Shown: positions 62,816 through 64,000 of the stretch, in pieces
Numbering within the stretch: the stretch's first letter is position 1
How the letters are laid out: the number at the start of each line of letters is the position of its first letter
Assembly (NCBI GenBank): GCA_002269645.1
Contig: NIVC01002416.1
Span: 8,885 to 72,884 of the forward strand
Source of the DNA: Macrostomum lignano
Lineage: Eukaryota
Length of the DNA stretch: 64,000 bases
Direction of reading: 5' to 3'
Program-made: the position numbers and the translations under genes
Notes under the pieces: generated by a model
Database searches by the model: none
Told to the model about the DNA's origin: nothing
The model's input: the letters and a program-made list of their open reading frames with translations, nothing else

Positions 62816-64000
62816 TAGCTAGTATTATTTGCCTAGTATTATGTAAAATGTAATATCATTATTTATATACTATCTAAAATAAATACTAGCCTAGGCCTAG
62901 TCTAACTAAACTAGTGTTATACACTATAGTATATATAGATATAATCAATTTATACATGTAGGGCCTAGGGCTTTAAAGCCAAACGCCCAGCTAGACCTAG
63001 GCCCTATGGCCTGAGTAAATAATAAAGTTATATTAGAAATATTGGCAATCCTCTATTTTTCGAATTTAACAAATTTTAAACGAAATTCTAACAAAGTTAA
63101 ACAGTTAGGCGAGTTTGTGAGTTTGTTATGTCATGTTTGGTTGCACTAGACATCGTAGTAGTACGCCTCCCAGAAAAGTATATTGCCGAAGGTGTTGCAC
63201 GGGTGGCAACGGCGGCGCCATAGAAATTTATTAATGTGAAATTGTTTTAAAATTGAGCTAACATTTAAATTTTAGATATACGCGAAAAATAAGTATATGA
63301 TTTTTACGAGTATTAAATTAAATATTAACAAACAGAACTGGGACTTAGGTTTGTATAACAAAATTCTGAATTCGTATTATTGTTTATAATGCAAGCGAAT
63401 TTGTCGGATTGGAAATAGTTTAAGACAAGGAAGTAAAGCGCCGGTCCATTGTCAATTACTTAGTAATTGAGTAGAAGACTCAAGTGCCAGTTAAACGGTG
63501 ACGAGTAAGCTGTGGGGTGGCGAGTATAATCATTTTGATCATTTGTAATCAAGAGTCGATAATAATAACATAACTGAAAAGGGAGAATGAAATTGACGAA
63601 TTGCAAGAACGCACAGTTGCTTTGAATATGGGCTAAAGAATATGAGATTCATGTAGGTGCAAAAGGAAAGCAAAAAGGAGGAAAAAGCAGACAAAAGACG
63701 AAGGGAGTGAAAAGAAGGCAATGAGATTAAAAAAACGAAGAAACAGGGGACGACAGAGAGATTGGAATCTAAATAATTAATTTAACTTTGAGAAACCAAA
63801 ATATCGATTCTCAGAAGTGTCGAATTTTATTATCTTGTTAGGCATACTAGGAAGAAGCAGCATTTAAGAGCTTCCAGTTAAGGATCCTGGCTAAAGTCAA
63901 CTTATATCTCAGATTGATGATTGAAGATTATAAAAAATTATACCTGCTAAAGTCTTGCCGATTTTGTTTTTATTCATGCCTGAATGACCGATCGATTCTG

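Overview
Eukaryotic (animal) genomic DNA with GC-rich exons, GT-AG introns that are often filled with minisatellites, and AT-rich intergenic DNA. The style suggests a free-living flatworm such as Macrostomum, but that is inference only. Spliced genes reconstructed by hand: a divergent ChaC-family gamma-glutamylcyclotransferase paralog (-, 1486-3367) whose catalytic Glu position is Gln; a 10-exon RFX1/2/3 (DAF-19-like) transcription factor (+, 9987-18846, about 853 aa); a 2-exon rhodopsin-class GPCR (+, 27625-30490); two cadherin-repeat exons (+, about 31671-34526); a small secreted Cys-rich PAN/apple-like protein (-, exon 36168-36440); a canonical ChaC (-, 42895 to about 44086); and a 6-exon GMP synthase (-, 51397-56689, 699 aa). 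Mobile DNA: an intact 1311-bp DD34D mariner, a 2177-bp TTAA-flanked foldback element with about 1-kb arms, a decayed Polinton/Maverick capsid gene pair, Merlin and Tc1 transposase fragments, a tRNA-derived SINE, a MITE-like inverted repeat, and a degenerate Penelope-type hammerhead ribozyme. Most long ORFs in the supplied track are artefacts of tandem repeats. Best leads: the ChaC pseudoenzyme/enzyme pair, the foldback element, a 17-bp repeat with unique spacers inside the ChaC intron, intronic minisatellites built from splice-signal-like words, and the Polinton capsid relic.
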